The translations under genes and the position numbers were made by a program. DNA of 64,000 nt, from NCBI GenBank assembly GCA_947466225.1, contig CANIBL010000001.1, positions 20,720 through 84,719 on the forward strand. The letters run 5' to 3'. The notes under the pieces were generated by a model. That model worked only from the letters and a program-made list of their open reading frames with translations. It searched no databases and was not told the origin of the DNA. Source of the stretch: Deltaproteobacteria bacterium. GTDB lineage: Bacteria; Bdellovibrionota_B; Oligoflexia; Oligoflexales; Bog-1112. This document shows, piece after piece, positions 1 through 8,775 of the stretch. Each line of letters opens with the position of its first letter. Positions within the stretch are counted from its first letter, which is position 1.

Positions 1-567
1 ACGCACCTGTGCCTTGAGATCCCCCTTTTTGAACTGGATGGTGTATTGCCCCGGTTTGGTACGCAAAATTCGCGTAAGCTTATCCATCATTTCTGTGGGC
101 TGTGTAGTAACGAAAGGAAAAAAGCGGAAGATTTCCGGCAAGTATAACGGCGCGGTGGCAAAGTCACTGCGCCGATGAAGGACCTCTACGAAAGTCTGTA
201 CTTGTTGACGCGTCTTTTGACGTCGCTCAGCAGAAAGCGTGATTTTTACTTTTTCCAATGTAGAGAAAAATTGGTGCGACTCTTTATACTCAAAGTAGGC
301 TTCGTCCACTCCGAGGGTGCCCATGGCCAGATCGTGAACGAGACTGGACTCCACCTGCAGTGTTTCAGCGAGTGTCGCAAGGGCAAAGACCGAGCGTACG
401 TTTTTTTCCCCGCGTTTCCAGTGACTGCAATCGGAAGGGTTAAAGGCTAGGATGTTTCCTACCTCTTGGTCATGAATTTTGCTTCCCTTTCTCTCACTTA
501 GCACTTTTTGACAAAAGCGAAATAGCTGAGCAGAATGAGGAAATTTTGGTACACCAGGGCGTTTCAT
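1..567 (-). CDS. XRE-like helix-turn-helix domain protein (N-terminal 189 codons; 3' end runs off the window)
   Basis: The minus-strand frame is open from ATG at 567 to position 1; I hand-checked all plus-strand triplets for tta/cta/tca and found none. AAGGAG lies 7 nt upstream of the ATG. The segment DQEVGNILAFNPSDCSHWKRGEKNV resembles an XRE/HTH_3 helix-turn-helix. It is missing from the ORF track because it has no stop inside the window. Confidence 0.5.
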   Translation of the reverse strand, partial: MKRPGVPKFPHSAQLFRFCQKVLSERKGSKIHDQEVGNILAFNPSDCSHWKRGEKNVRSVFALATLAETLQVESSLVHDLAMGTLGVDEAYFEYKESHQFFSTLEKVKITLSAERRQKTRQQVQTFVEVLHRRSDFATAPLYLPEIFRFFPFVTTQPTEMMDKLTRILRTKPGQYTIQFKKGDLKAQVR

Positions 568-798
568 GGCAGGCTCCTTCTGTCTGGATGGCAACCCTCC
601 TGCTTAGAGGCTCTTGAGGACCTGTTCGCCAGGGGCATGTGTAGAAATGCGACGTAAATTTCACGGGAGATCGTACTAAAAGTATATATGGCGAAATTTT
701 CGGGGTCAAGGCTCTCTCCATGGAAGTAGTGAGAATTCCTCAATATGTTGGAGGCTGTTCGAAAAAAACCATTTATCCCCGTAATGATGGATGCGCTC

Positions 799-1128
799 TT
801 AGACAGGATGGGTCGCGTCTGTTTCTGTAATGACAGGTTTAGTGAAGGCCATATGAGGCTGCAGCACCTGATGGGTTAGACTTTGCTTGGCTTTTTGGTC
901 GCGGCGGCCCTCTATTTGGGGCCGTAACCCGTGGAGCATGCCACGAAGGCTATGAAGTACCGCCTCAAATTCTGCGGGAGCAAGGGCCAATAGTTGATCG
1001 CGGAGGGCAAGAAGCTGGGCGGCGCGTTCGCTGGCCCCTCGATGATCGGAGGCATCCCGCTCGATGCTATCGAAGTAATAGCAAAGGTTTTGAGGGGTGA
1101 TCCGATGGTTTTTCACTTTGACACTCAC
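799..1128 (-). CDS. hypothetical protein (109 aa, GTG start)
   Basis: ORF-track entry, divergent from cysS. It has a weak RBS and no recognisable motif. Confidence 0.25.
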   Translation of the reverse strand: MSVKVKNHRITPQNLCYYFDSIERDASDHRGASERAAQLLALRDQLLALAPAEFEAVLHSLRGMLHGLRPQIEGRRDQKAKQSLTHQVLQPHMAFTKPVITETDATHPV

Positions 1129-1225
1129 AGAGAATCCAGCATATGTTTCGTTGCTCCTACCCGATCGGTTTTCAGAGAAAAGTCTAGAGGGTAAAAGTTA
1201 CCTAGGCCCCCAGAGGAGAGTTGCT

Positions 1226-2668
1226 GTGAATCCTGCCCGTGAGATTGCGATCTTTAACAACCTGACCCGAAAAAAAGAACAACTTCAACCGATTGAAGAG
1301 GGTCATATTCGTATGTATGCCTGCGGCACCACCCCCTATGATGACAATCATATTGGGCATGCCATGCAGGCGGTTTTTTTCGATGTGATCCGCAATTTTT
1401 TGGAATACATGGGCTACCGCGTTACCTACGTCCGTAACTTTACGGACGTGGACGACAAGATCATTGCACGGGCCAGCATGCTCGGCATTTCACCTAAGGC
1501 CCTGGTCGATGGCATGATCGCCAAAAATACCCAGGAGATGGCGCAGCTTTCCATCCGCCCCGCTAGCTATGAGCCGCGTGTGTCGCAGACCATCCCTGAA
1601 ATCATCGCCATGGTTGAAGAACTCCTGGCAAGAGGCGCGGCCTATATGACCCCAGGTGGCGAGGTCTATTATCGGGTCCGGCAAAAAGCCGATTACGGGA
1701 AGCTGTCCAATCGAGATCCTGACGATTTGCGCTCCGGAACACGGGATATTCACCAAGGGGATAAAGAAGACCCTTTAGATTTTGCGTTGTGGAAACCTGA
1801 CTCTACTGAAGATGCTTCTTGGCCCAGTCCCTGGGGACAAGGTCGGCCCGGATGGCACATCGAATGTTCAGCTATGGCAAAAAAGCACCTCGGTCCAACA
1901 TTTGATATTCATGGAGGGGGACGTGACTTGATGTTTCCCCACCACGAAAATGAGATTGCGCAGTCTGAGTCCGCCAATGGGGTGAAATTCGCCCAAGTTT
2001 GGATTCATTCCGGCCTGCTTACGGTGGGCAATCAAAAGATGTCCAAAAGTTTAGGCAATACCGTCACCATCGAAGCTTTTCTACAGAAGTGGCCGGCAGA
2101 GGTGCTGCGTGTAGCATACCTACAAAATCACTATGCCTCCAATATCGACTTCTCTGAGAAAGTCTTTGCTGAGTGCTGCCAAAAATTGCTCTATTTCTAT
2201 GAGACTATGGAGACGTTGCGTACAAGTGCTGTGGGGAAAATAGATCTCGATATCGAATCCTATCGCACCCGTTTCCAAGCTGCCATGTGTGAGGATTTCA
2301 ATACCCCCCAGGTAATGGCGTTATTGCATCAATTGGCACGGGCAGTAAACCAAAGCCCGCTATCTGCTTCCAGTCGCGCAGCTGCATTGGTGTTGCTGCA
2401 AGAAATTGGATCTGTGCTGCAAGTATTTCAGCAAGAACCAGCAAAATTCTTGTATGAGCTCAAGAAGAAGTGGATTGGAGATCAAGGCATTTCCGAAACG
2501 GATATCTTGGCCCAGTTGGAGGCCAGAAAACAAGCAAGACAAGAGCGAAATTGGCAACAAGCCGATGCCGTTCGCGATGCGTTACACACAATGGGCATCG
2601 GGGTACAAGATACCCCTACTGGCACCACTTGGACCGTAAGGATGCGACATGGAGACGATCCAGTTTGA
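1226..2668 (+). CDS. cysS: cysteinyl-tRNA synthetase
   Basis: Class I aaRS motifs are present: HIGH (DNHIGHA) and KMSKS (QKMSKSLGN), with CysRS-like layout throughout. I moved the start from the track's 1097 to the in-frame GTG at 1226, which is preceded by GAGGAGAG. That gives the usual ~30 aa before HIGH. Confidence 0.93.
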   Translation: MNPAREIAIFNNLTRKKEQLQPIEEGHIRMYACGTTPYDDNHIGHAMQAVFFDVIRNFLEYMGYRVTYVRNFTDVDDKIIARASMLGISPKALVDGMIAKNTQEMAQLSIRPASYEPRVSQTIPEIIAMVEELLARGAAYMTPGGEVYYRVRQKADYGKLSNRDPDDLRSGTRDIHQGDKEDPLDFALWKPDSTEDASWPSPWGQGRPGWHIECSAMAKKHLGPTFDIHGGGRDLMFPHHENEIAQSESANGVKFAQVWIHSGLLTVGNQKMSKSLGNTVTIEAFLQKWPAEVLRVAYLQNHYASNIDFSEKVFAECCQKLLYFYETMETLRTSAVGKIDLDIESYRTRFQAAMCEDFNTPQVMALLHQLARAVNQSPLSASSRAAALVLLQEIGSVLQVFQQEPAKFLYELKKKWIGDQGISETDILAQLEARKQARQERNWQQADAVRDALHTMGIGVQDTPTGTTWTVRMRHGDDPV

Positions 2669-3887
2669 GAACATCGGACAATTGGTGACCTTGGCCCCTC
2701 TCGCAGCAGAGCATCGTACAACGAAGATTGAATATATAGATCTAGGCATTGTGGAAAATGCTTGGCTGCGCATTCACGAAGGTCGTGTGCATAGTTATGG
2801 AGAAATGGCGCACTGTCCCTATGCAGAAGAAACCCGAGATTTGGGTGGCGCCTTGGTGCTACCAGGGTTTGTAGATGCGCACACCCATCCGATTTTTGCT
2901 GGGAATCGTTCTCCTGAGTTTATACAACGTCTCGCTGGGATGAGCTATGAAGCCATTGCCGAACAAGGTGGGGGCATCCGTTCTACCATGGGGGCGACCC
3001 GTGGGAGCTCTCAACTGGAGCTAGAGGCGTTGACCTTATGTCGATTGCAAGCCTTTTTGCGCTGGGGCACCACGACGGTAGAAGTAAAAACTGGGTATGG
3101 TCTCTCAGTTGAGAGCGAGTTGCTCCAGCTCGAAGCCCTACAAGCGGTTAAAGAAAAAACCCCTCAAGCTATACGTGTTACCTGTCTGGCCCTTCATGCG
3201 TGTCCTCCAGAATTTTCCTCCCCCGATGCATATGCCATTGCGTTGAAAGACGAGTTGCTACCCCTTGTGGCCCAACATAATCTCGCGGATTATGTAGATG
3301 TGTTCTTAGAGCGAGGCTACTTCTCTGACTCTGTTGCCGTGAATGCATTTATGGGAGAGGCCCGGATGTTGGGTCTGGGCATTCGCGTACATGCCGATGA
3401 GTTCAGTGATGCAGGAGGGGCTCGCGCCGCAGCTCGTTGGCAAGCCGCTAGCGCTGATCATTTGCAACATGCGAGCCAAGAGGGGATTTCAGCCATGGCC
3501 CAAGCTGGGGTAACTGCAATACTGCTACCTGGGACCTCACTCTATACAAATATTCCTTTTGCCGATGCGCGCCCTTTTGTTGAAGCAGCTTGTGCGGTAG
3601 CCATTGCCTCCGATTACAATCCAGGCAGTTGCCGCATCTACAATTTGCCCCTGTTGGCAACTCTTGCTGGCGTACATTGTCACCTTTCTCTGCCTCAAGT
3701 ACTCGCCGGTATTACCTATGTGCCCAGTGTGAGTCTGGATTTGGGTACACAAAAGGGCGCGTTGGCTTGTGGCTTTGATGGGGATTTCGCAGTGTACAAC
3801 ACGGTTTCTACGGTGGAGCAATGGCTTGCTGCCTGCGGCATGCAGGGGCCGGACGCAGTCTTTATCAAGGGGGTTCGTATTGTCTGA
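2649..3887 (+). CDS. hutI: imidazolonepropionase-type amidohydrolase
   Basis: Motifs seen: GFVDAHTHPIF metal-binding motif, GNRSPEF..R..G.SYE.IA.QGGGI block, and HADE further on. The start overlaps the cysS 3' end by 20 nt, with AAGGA 6 nt upstream. Confidence 0.8.
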   Translation: METIQFENIGQLVTLAPLAAEHRTTKIEYIDLGIVENAWLRIHEGRVHSYGEMAHCPYAEETRDLGGALVLPGFVDAHTHPIFAGNRSPEFIQRLAGMSYEAIAEQGGGIRSTMGATRGSSQLELEALTLCRLQAFLRWGTTTVEVKTGYGLSVESELLQLEALQAVKEKTPQAIRVTCLALHACPPEFSSPDAYAIALKDELLPLVAQHNLADYVDVFLERGYFSDSVAVNAFMGEARMLGLGIRVHADEFSDAGGARAAARWQAASADHLQHASQEGISAMAQAGVTAILLPGTSLYTNIPFADARPFVEAACAVAIASDYNPGSCRIYNLPLLATLAGVHCHLSLPQVLAGITYVPSVSLDLGTQKGALACGFDGDFAVYNTVSTVEQWLAACGMQGPDAVFIKGVRIV

Positions 3888-4087
3888 TCTGGCCGTCTCT
3901 TTTACTAAAGACAGGTTGCTCGCGCAAAAATAGAGTGAAAATGGGTGACATGGCCTTGAAATGCCCCTGTCTTGCGTCAGAAGCTCGGTTTGGGTGTGCA
4001 ACTCTCCGTAGTCAAATCGATATACCCTACGCTCCCCTCCTCTCTTGTACTATCAGCAAAGTTCTTTGCACCAAAAGACACGCTAAT

Positions 4088-4123
<36 letters not shown>

Positions 4124-4195
4124 AGACTACGAGACTTATCTCCGAAGGGCGAAGATTTTGTAAGCCCAAGCGCCAAATGTTTTTTCGTCATGGTA

Positions 4196-4234
4196 TTTGA
4201 AGAGAAGAACGCCATCTTCTTGGCGCTCTTCAAA
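4196..4234. other. interrupted hairpin (9-bp outer stem, 5-bp inner stem)
   Basis: tttgaagag (4196-4204) pairs with ctcttcaaa (4226-4234). cgcca (4210-4214) pairs with tggcg (4221-4225). There is no flanking U-tract on either strand, so it is not a canonical terminator. Confidence 0.5.
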
Positions 4235-4391
4235 TCTATTCTGATGGGAGAATATATCTGAAGTCCACTTTGAAAGATCGAGTCTGTAGCATGAAACATC
4301 CCCCGTATGGCTTTTGAAGGGAAATAGCAGAGGAGGAAAGGATTACAAGATATTAAAGCTAACCCAAAAAGGTGATTGGAATTTCGAGTTG

Positions 4392-4495
4392 GATTTGCGA
4401 TAGGAAGACAGGGTGTCTGGATGGGTCCGCACCGGTAAAGTGGTGCCGTCGTCGGTATGCGTGTCTTGCAAGACACGCATGGTTTTACGAATTTT
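4392..4495 (-). pseudogene. displaced duplicate of the hflX 3' end (gene fragment)
   Basis: An ungapped hand alignment of 4392-4495 against 5231-5334 gives 91/104 identical bases. The fragment translates to IRKTMRVLQDTHTDDGTTLPVRTHPDTLSSYRKS. The intact HflX C-terminus reads IRKTMRVLRETHTDEGTILTVRTHPDTLSSYQKS. Confidence 0.8.
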
Positions 4496-4997
4496 TAAAT
4501 GTAAATGGGGTTTGTAAATTCCCAGCCGCAAGATAAGCTAAAAAACGCATCGTTTCTTTGTAGCCTATCTGATTTAGGTTCCATGCACCATCGCGATCTA
4601 TCATGGCTGCGTAGATGAGAATCAGTAAGGACTTGGAGGTGAGATTGGTGTAGATTTTTCCTTTCTCAAATCTGACTACCAGTTTGGTTGTATCTCCAAA
4701 ACATATAACGCGATCTGCATTTGTTACCTTTACTTCAACACAGTCCACGCCACAGCTGCCAACTTTTGTTCCATTGTGGATCCGAGAAAGATAGAGAAAG
4801 TTCATGTTTTCAGGATGTCGTTGCTTCCAAGGCACAAATTCGCTGTTACTCCAATAGCCTGTTTGCACAAGTTCAATCACCTCTCCATCTGGGAAAGTAT
4901 GAGAAAAAGAAGCGGCGTATGTAAGGCTAGAGAAGAGACCGAAGATAAGCAAGAAAGTATAATAGAGTGTCAGGAGTGATGCTTTTTCCTTCTTCAT
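4485..4997 (-). CDS. hypothetical secreted protein (170 aa)
   Basis: N-terminal signal peptide (MKKEKASLLTLYYTFLLIFGLFSSLTYA|AS) with GGGGGA about 6 nt upstream of the ATG. The stretch is AT-rich compared with its flanks. The stop codon lies inside the hflX-fragment repeat. Confidence 0.6.
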   Translation of the reverse strand: MKKEKASLLTLYYTFLLIFGLFSSLTYAASFSHTFPDGEVIELVQTGYWSNSEFVPWKQRHPENMNFLYLSRIHNGTKVGSCGVDCVEVKVTNADRVICFGDTTKLVVRFEKGKIYTNLTSKSLLILIYAAMIDRDGAWNLNQIGYKETMRFLAYLAAGNLQTPFTFKNS

Positions 4998-5211
4998 AAT
5001 CGATCCCCCAAAAGAGAGTTAAATCGGTAGATTATACTCGGATCAAGTAAAAACAATTGCCTACCGGTGTCAACTCTTTTCATTGATGGGTGACCCTTTT
5101 TAGTCCGACATTCCCAGCGCCTGAAAGGCGGCGGCAGGGATCCCCATTGCTTCTAAGCAGCAATTACCCCCTATTCAAGAAAGGCAAGAACTACCCCTCT
5201 ATGACATAAAA

Positions 5212-6591
5212 TCACAGCTGTTTTTTGTATGATTTTTGATAGGAAGACAGGGTGTCTGGATGGGTCCGTACCGTTAAAATGGTACCTTCGTCGGTATGAG
5301 TTTCTCGCAGGACACGCATGGTTTTGCGAATTTCTCCCAACTGTTTGCCTTCTTCATACGAGATCAATAGATCTGCTTCGATCATATCTTTTTCAAAATG
5401 AGTGCGAATGATTTCGCGAAGGCGCGCAATATCTTCCTTTCGTTGCGCTGACAACGCAAGTGAATGAGGAAATTCTCGCAGCAAGGCTTGGATGGCTTCC
5501 GCATCTAAGCGATCGACTTTGTTTAAAATCAATAGGCTATCTGTTGCATCGAGAGAAAGTTCACTGAGCACCGCACGCGTGACCTCCAATTGGGCACGAA
5601 ACGTGGGATCAGATGCATCTACTACATAAAGTAAAAGAGACGCATCAGAGGCCTCGTCTAGCGTAGATCGAAACGATGCAACCAAATCATGGGGCAATTT
5701 TTTGATAAATCCCACAGTATCTGAAATCAAAATACGAGGAATGGTTTCGGGTTGCATAGCGCGCACGGTGGTGTCCAACGTGGCAAACAACTTATCCTCT
5801 ACATAGATTTCACTATCGGTAAGGGCCCGCATAAGAGAGGATTTGCCTGCGTTGGTATATCCCACAAGGGCAACAGTTGACTGTTCTTTGCGTCGACTTC
5901 TTCGATCCGTATCGGTAGTTTGAATGTCGGCTAGCTCTCGCTTGAGTTCCGCAATGCGATCGCGAATACGACGTTTATCCAGTTCGTGAGCGGTTTCTCC
6001 AGCCCCCTTATTTCCCAACCCCCCACCTTGTCGATCTTGTCCAACCCGGCTCATGCGAAGACGGGGGGCTAGATAGCGTAGACGGGCAATTTCCACTTGG
6101 ATCTTGGCTTGGCGGGTTTTGGCATGACGATGGAAGATCTCAATGATGACGCCGGTTCTGTCTAATACTTCAGCCCCAGTGGCAGACTCTAAGTTGCGAA
6201 GTTGATTGGGTGTAAGCTCCTCGTCAAAGATGACGATGGTGGCTTTCTCTGCTCCAAGATCTGGGGTTTCTTCTGGCTCTTCCTCCTCCTCGAGTTCTTC
6301 TTTTCGTCGAGACCCGGGGGCAGCTGAAGCTACAATACCGGTTCCGCCCGTAAGCTTAGCTAGTTCTTCTAGTTTGCCTTCCCCAACAACAGTTGAAGCG
6401 ACCGGACTGGCTCGTCGCTGAGATAGCGTGGTGAGGGTAGCAAATCCCAATGTATGGGCAAGGCGTCCTAGTTCAGCTAGGGAGGCCATATGTTCTTCTT
6501 CAGATACGGTGGGCAACTGGAGGCCGACCAATACAGCTTTGGGTCTTTGATTCTTTTCTGGATGCAACACGATCTCTCTCCTGACTTTCAA
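5212..6591 (-). CDS. hflX: GTPase HflX
   Basis: G1 GYTNAGKSS, G3 DTVGFI and G4 NKVD are present. The HflX N-terminal domain includes an acidic EELEEEEEPEE insert. Confidence 0.93.
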   Translation of the reverse strand: MKVRREIVLHPEKNQRPKAVLVGLQLPTVSEEEHMASLAELGRLAHTLGFATLTTLSQRRASPVASTVVGEGKLEELAKLTGGTGIVASAAPGSRRKEELEEEEEPEETPDLGAEKATIVIFDEELTPNQLRNLESATGAEVLDRTGVIIEIFHRHAKTRQAKIQVEIARLRYLAPRLRMSRVGQDRQGGGLGNKGAGETAHELDKRRIRDRIAELKRELADIQTTDTDRRSRRKEQSTVALVGYTNAGKSSLMRALTDSEIYVEDKLFATLDTTVRAMQPETIPRILISDTVGFIKKLPHDLVASFRSTLDEASDASLLLYVVDASDPTFRAQLEVTRAVLSELSLDATDSLLILNKVDRLDAEAIQALLREFPHSLALSAQRKEDIARLREIIRTHFEKDMIEADLLISYEEGKQLGEIRKTMRVLRETHTDEGTILTVRTHPDTLSSYQKSYKKQL

Positions 6592-6762
6592 GGCTCAATG
6601 GCCTGATGGCGTATATCGTACACGACCTTTGCCGTCAAATCTGCAGAAAGTCCTACAGGGATCTGATAAATGGAGATACAATGAGGGACATTATAGCGCT
6701 GTCAAACCAGCTGCCATAAAAATATAGCGTTCACGAGAAATACACGTAGAAAGGGGTCCGCC

Positions 6763-6894
6763 ATGGGCGACAAATCTCCAAAATCAACCAAGAAGCAAAC
6801 AGATCAGAAGAAAAATAAGGCTGAAAGTGACAAGCAAAAGAAGCAAAAAGCCATAGACGACAGAAAATCTGCGCCGCCTGCTAAGAAAAAGTAA
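6763..6894 (+). CDS. small lysine-rich basic protein (43 aa), below the ORF-track cutoff
   Basis: ATG at 6763 is preceded by gaaagggg. Translation: MGDKSPKSTKKQTDQKKNKAESDKQKKQKAIDDRKSAPPAKKK, with TAA at 6892-6894. It lies in the otherwise empty hflX-dprA gap. Confidence 0.4.
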   Translation: MGDKSPKSTKKQTDQKKNKAESDKQKKQKAIDDRKSAPPAKKK

Positions 6895-7001
6895 GGCTTT
6901 TTCTCCCATCGAGGGAGATGATGCATGTCACTGGCTGACATGAGAGTGTAGCTGCAAGGTAGAGAAAACATCGCGTTTTCCTCTCACTTGGGTTCGTTCT
7001 T

Positions 7002-7961
7002 ATGCAGCCACTTTTATTTTTAGCCCATGTTGCCAGCCAATTAAGTTGTTCGTATTTCCCCTACGACTGTATGCAAGAAGTGGAGGCTATCGAGGATCCC
7101 CTTTCACCCGCTGCCTGGATAGAGTGGGTAGAAAAGTTGTATCAGGGAAGTGATCCCACTCGAAGGCGTTTTGCTCGGTGCTTTTCTACCGCAGAGTCTC
7201 GTCGTGTAGTCGCGCTAACGGCAGCGACGCAAGTTCAAATCTGTGCCGATCACGATATTTCCATTACTGCGGTATGTGAGCCCGCTTATCCTCCGTTATT
7301 GCGTCATATTGCAGATCCCCCGTTGTGCCTTTTCAGCAAGGGCAACCTGGGGGTATTGCAACGCCCTCATATTGCCGTGATCGGCTCTCGCCGCTGCTCT
7401 CAGCAAGCCGCCTATCATGCCTACAGATTGGGTTACAAGGCAGCACAGTGTGGCATCAGCATTGTGAGTGGAGGCGCATATGGATGCGATATTGCAGCCC
7501 ATCAAGGGGTTCTTGCTGCAGGTGGGGTACCGTTGTCAGCGGTCGCAGTTTTTGCTGGTGGCTTCCCGCTAATTGGACCCCAAGGCAATCTTCGCTACTT
7601 TCGAGAGATTGAATCCATGGGGGGCATCTTGCTAACAGAGCGGCTATGGGGCACGTTTCCCACAAAGCGAGATTTTCCCGTTCGCAATCGTCTCATTTCT
7701 GGGCTTGCACCTGTGACCGTGGTTGTGCAAGCCGGGCTTCGCTCTGGGACCATGGTGACGGCAAAAATGGCCCTGGATCAGGGACGCGAGTTGATAGTTT
7801 TTTCCTATGAATCAGGGGATCCTTGGGCTGAGGGTAGCCAAAGCCTTATCGAAGAAGGGGCAGAGAGCGTGGACGCCGCAGAGACGCTACTGCTTCTACT
7901 ACATCAACGAGAGGTTTGGGGATCTGTACCAAAAGGAGCTGGAGATGCAGCCTTGGCTTGA
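7002..7961 (+). CDS. dprA: DNA-processing protein DprA/Smf
   Basis: The Rossmann-like DprA core is present: IAVIGSRRCS, SGGAYGCDIAAHQG and FPVRNRLISGLA. Confidence 0.88.
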   Translation: MQPLLFLAHVASQLSCSYFPYDCMQEVEAIEDPLSPAAWIEWVEKLYQGSDPTRRRFARCFSTAESRRVVALTAATQVQICADHDISITAVCEPAYPPLLRHIADPPLCLFSKGNLGVLQRPHIAVIGSRRCSQQAAYHAYRLGYKAAQCGISIVSGGAYGCDIAAHQGVLAAGGVPLSAVAVFAGGFPLIGPQGNLRYFREIESMGGILLTERLWGTFPTKRDFPVRNRLISGLAPVTVVVQAGLRSGTMVTAKMALDQGRELIVFSYESGDPWAEGSQSLIEEGAESVDAAETLLLLLHQREVWGSVPKGAGDAALA

Positions 7962-8775
7962 GAGTTTATGTGCCCTCTTTACAGACCCTACCGTAGACGA
8001 GGTCACGGTGGTGGGCACCCAAAGCTTGTGCTTGCTGGCAAAGGGAACCTTATCTGTGCAAGCCTCCCCTTTTCAGAGTGGAGCCCATTGGATGGAGGCG
8101 GTGCAGATTTTTTGTTTGGCGCAACAACTGCGCCTTACACCGAGAACCCCAAGTGCGGGGGGAACTTGGAAGGAGGGGGCCTTTCGATGGCACGCCATTT
8201 TGCCACCTGTATCCGCATGTGGCGCCATTTTTTCTCTGCGTAGGCATCGATTTGAGAGTCTACATCTCGAAAGTTTTACTGGCGGCGCAGAAGTATCACA
8301 GGTCGTAGAGTGGGCCCAGGAGGGCCGACCCCTGTTGATTTGTGGACCTACAGGGAGTGGCAAAACTTCGTTTATGACTGCCTTGCTTCGGCAGGTGGCC
8401 TATGCAGAAAAGGTGTTAATTGTAGAGGATCTGCTGGAACTTCCCCTTCTTTCCCCCACGTGGATTAAGCTTGCAGTACAAGCCCATCATGTAACGGGGG
8501 GGCAGGTATCCTTTCACGGGGCATTTACCGAGTGCTTGCGCCTGCATCCAGATCGCATTGTGGTGGGAGAAATACGCGACCCGACTGCGTGCCCGTTCCT
8601 CCAGATTTTGCATGCAGGGCATTCTGGATTTATGGCCACATTTCACGCTCAAACGTTGGAAGGGGTGCAAGCGCGGTTACCACCGGCCTGCGGTCCCCCC
8701 ACTGAGCTAGGTCTCGTCTTTCTTGAGAGGGGCGTGCCCCCGAGAGTCCGAGCCATGGGAACGCTGCGAGTGTGA
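7945..8775 (+). CDS. T2SS/T4SS-family secretion ATPase (CpaF/TadA/VirB11-like), 276 aa
   Basis: Walker A is GPTGSGKTS, the Asp/Walker B region is VLIVEDLLEL, and the His box region is GEIRD...HAGHSGFMATFHA. I moved the start to ATG 7945 (AAAGGAG upstream), which overlaps the dprA stop by 17 nt. Confidence 0.78.
   Translation: MQPWLESLCALFTDPTVDEVTVVGTQSLCLLAKGTLSVQASPFQSGAHWMEAVQIFCLAQQLRLTPRTPSAGGTWKEGAFRWHAILPPVSACGAIFSLRRHRFESLHLESFTGGAEVSQVVEWAQEGRPLLICGPTGSGKTSFMTALLRQVAYAEKVLIVEDLLELPLLSPTWIKLAVQAHHVTGGQVSFHGAFTECLRLHPDRIVVGEIRDPTACPFLQILHAGHSGFMATFHAQTLEGVQARLPPACGPPTELGLVFLERGVPPRVRAMGTLRV

Noticed and set aside
1097-1225. Long N-terminal extensions given by the longest-ORF rule: cysS from 1097, GT2 from 53446, ppiD-like from 59428, meaB from 26645, the HExxH lipoprotein from 29909, the URC1-like gene from 41746, and others.
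   Set aside because: The extensions overlap neighbouring genes or promoters. They precede internal starts that have good RBSs and family-typical N-termini or signal peptides. Starts were trimmed accordingly.
5108-5150. A shared 11-mer, cattcccagcg, in two hairpin-prone intergenic segments (about 5112 on the plus strand and about 39700 on the minus strand), suggesting a dispersed REP-like family.
   Set aside because: An 11-nt match between two sites is expected by chance many times in a 64-kb window when both strands are counted, and the flanks do not align. A whole-genome repeat search is needed before calling a family.
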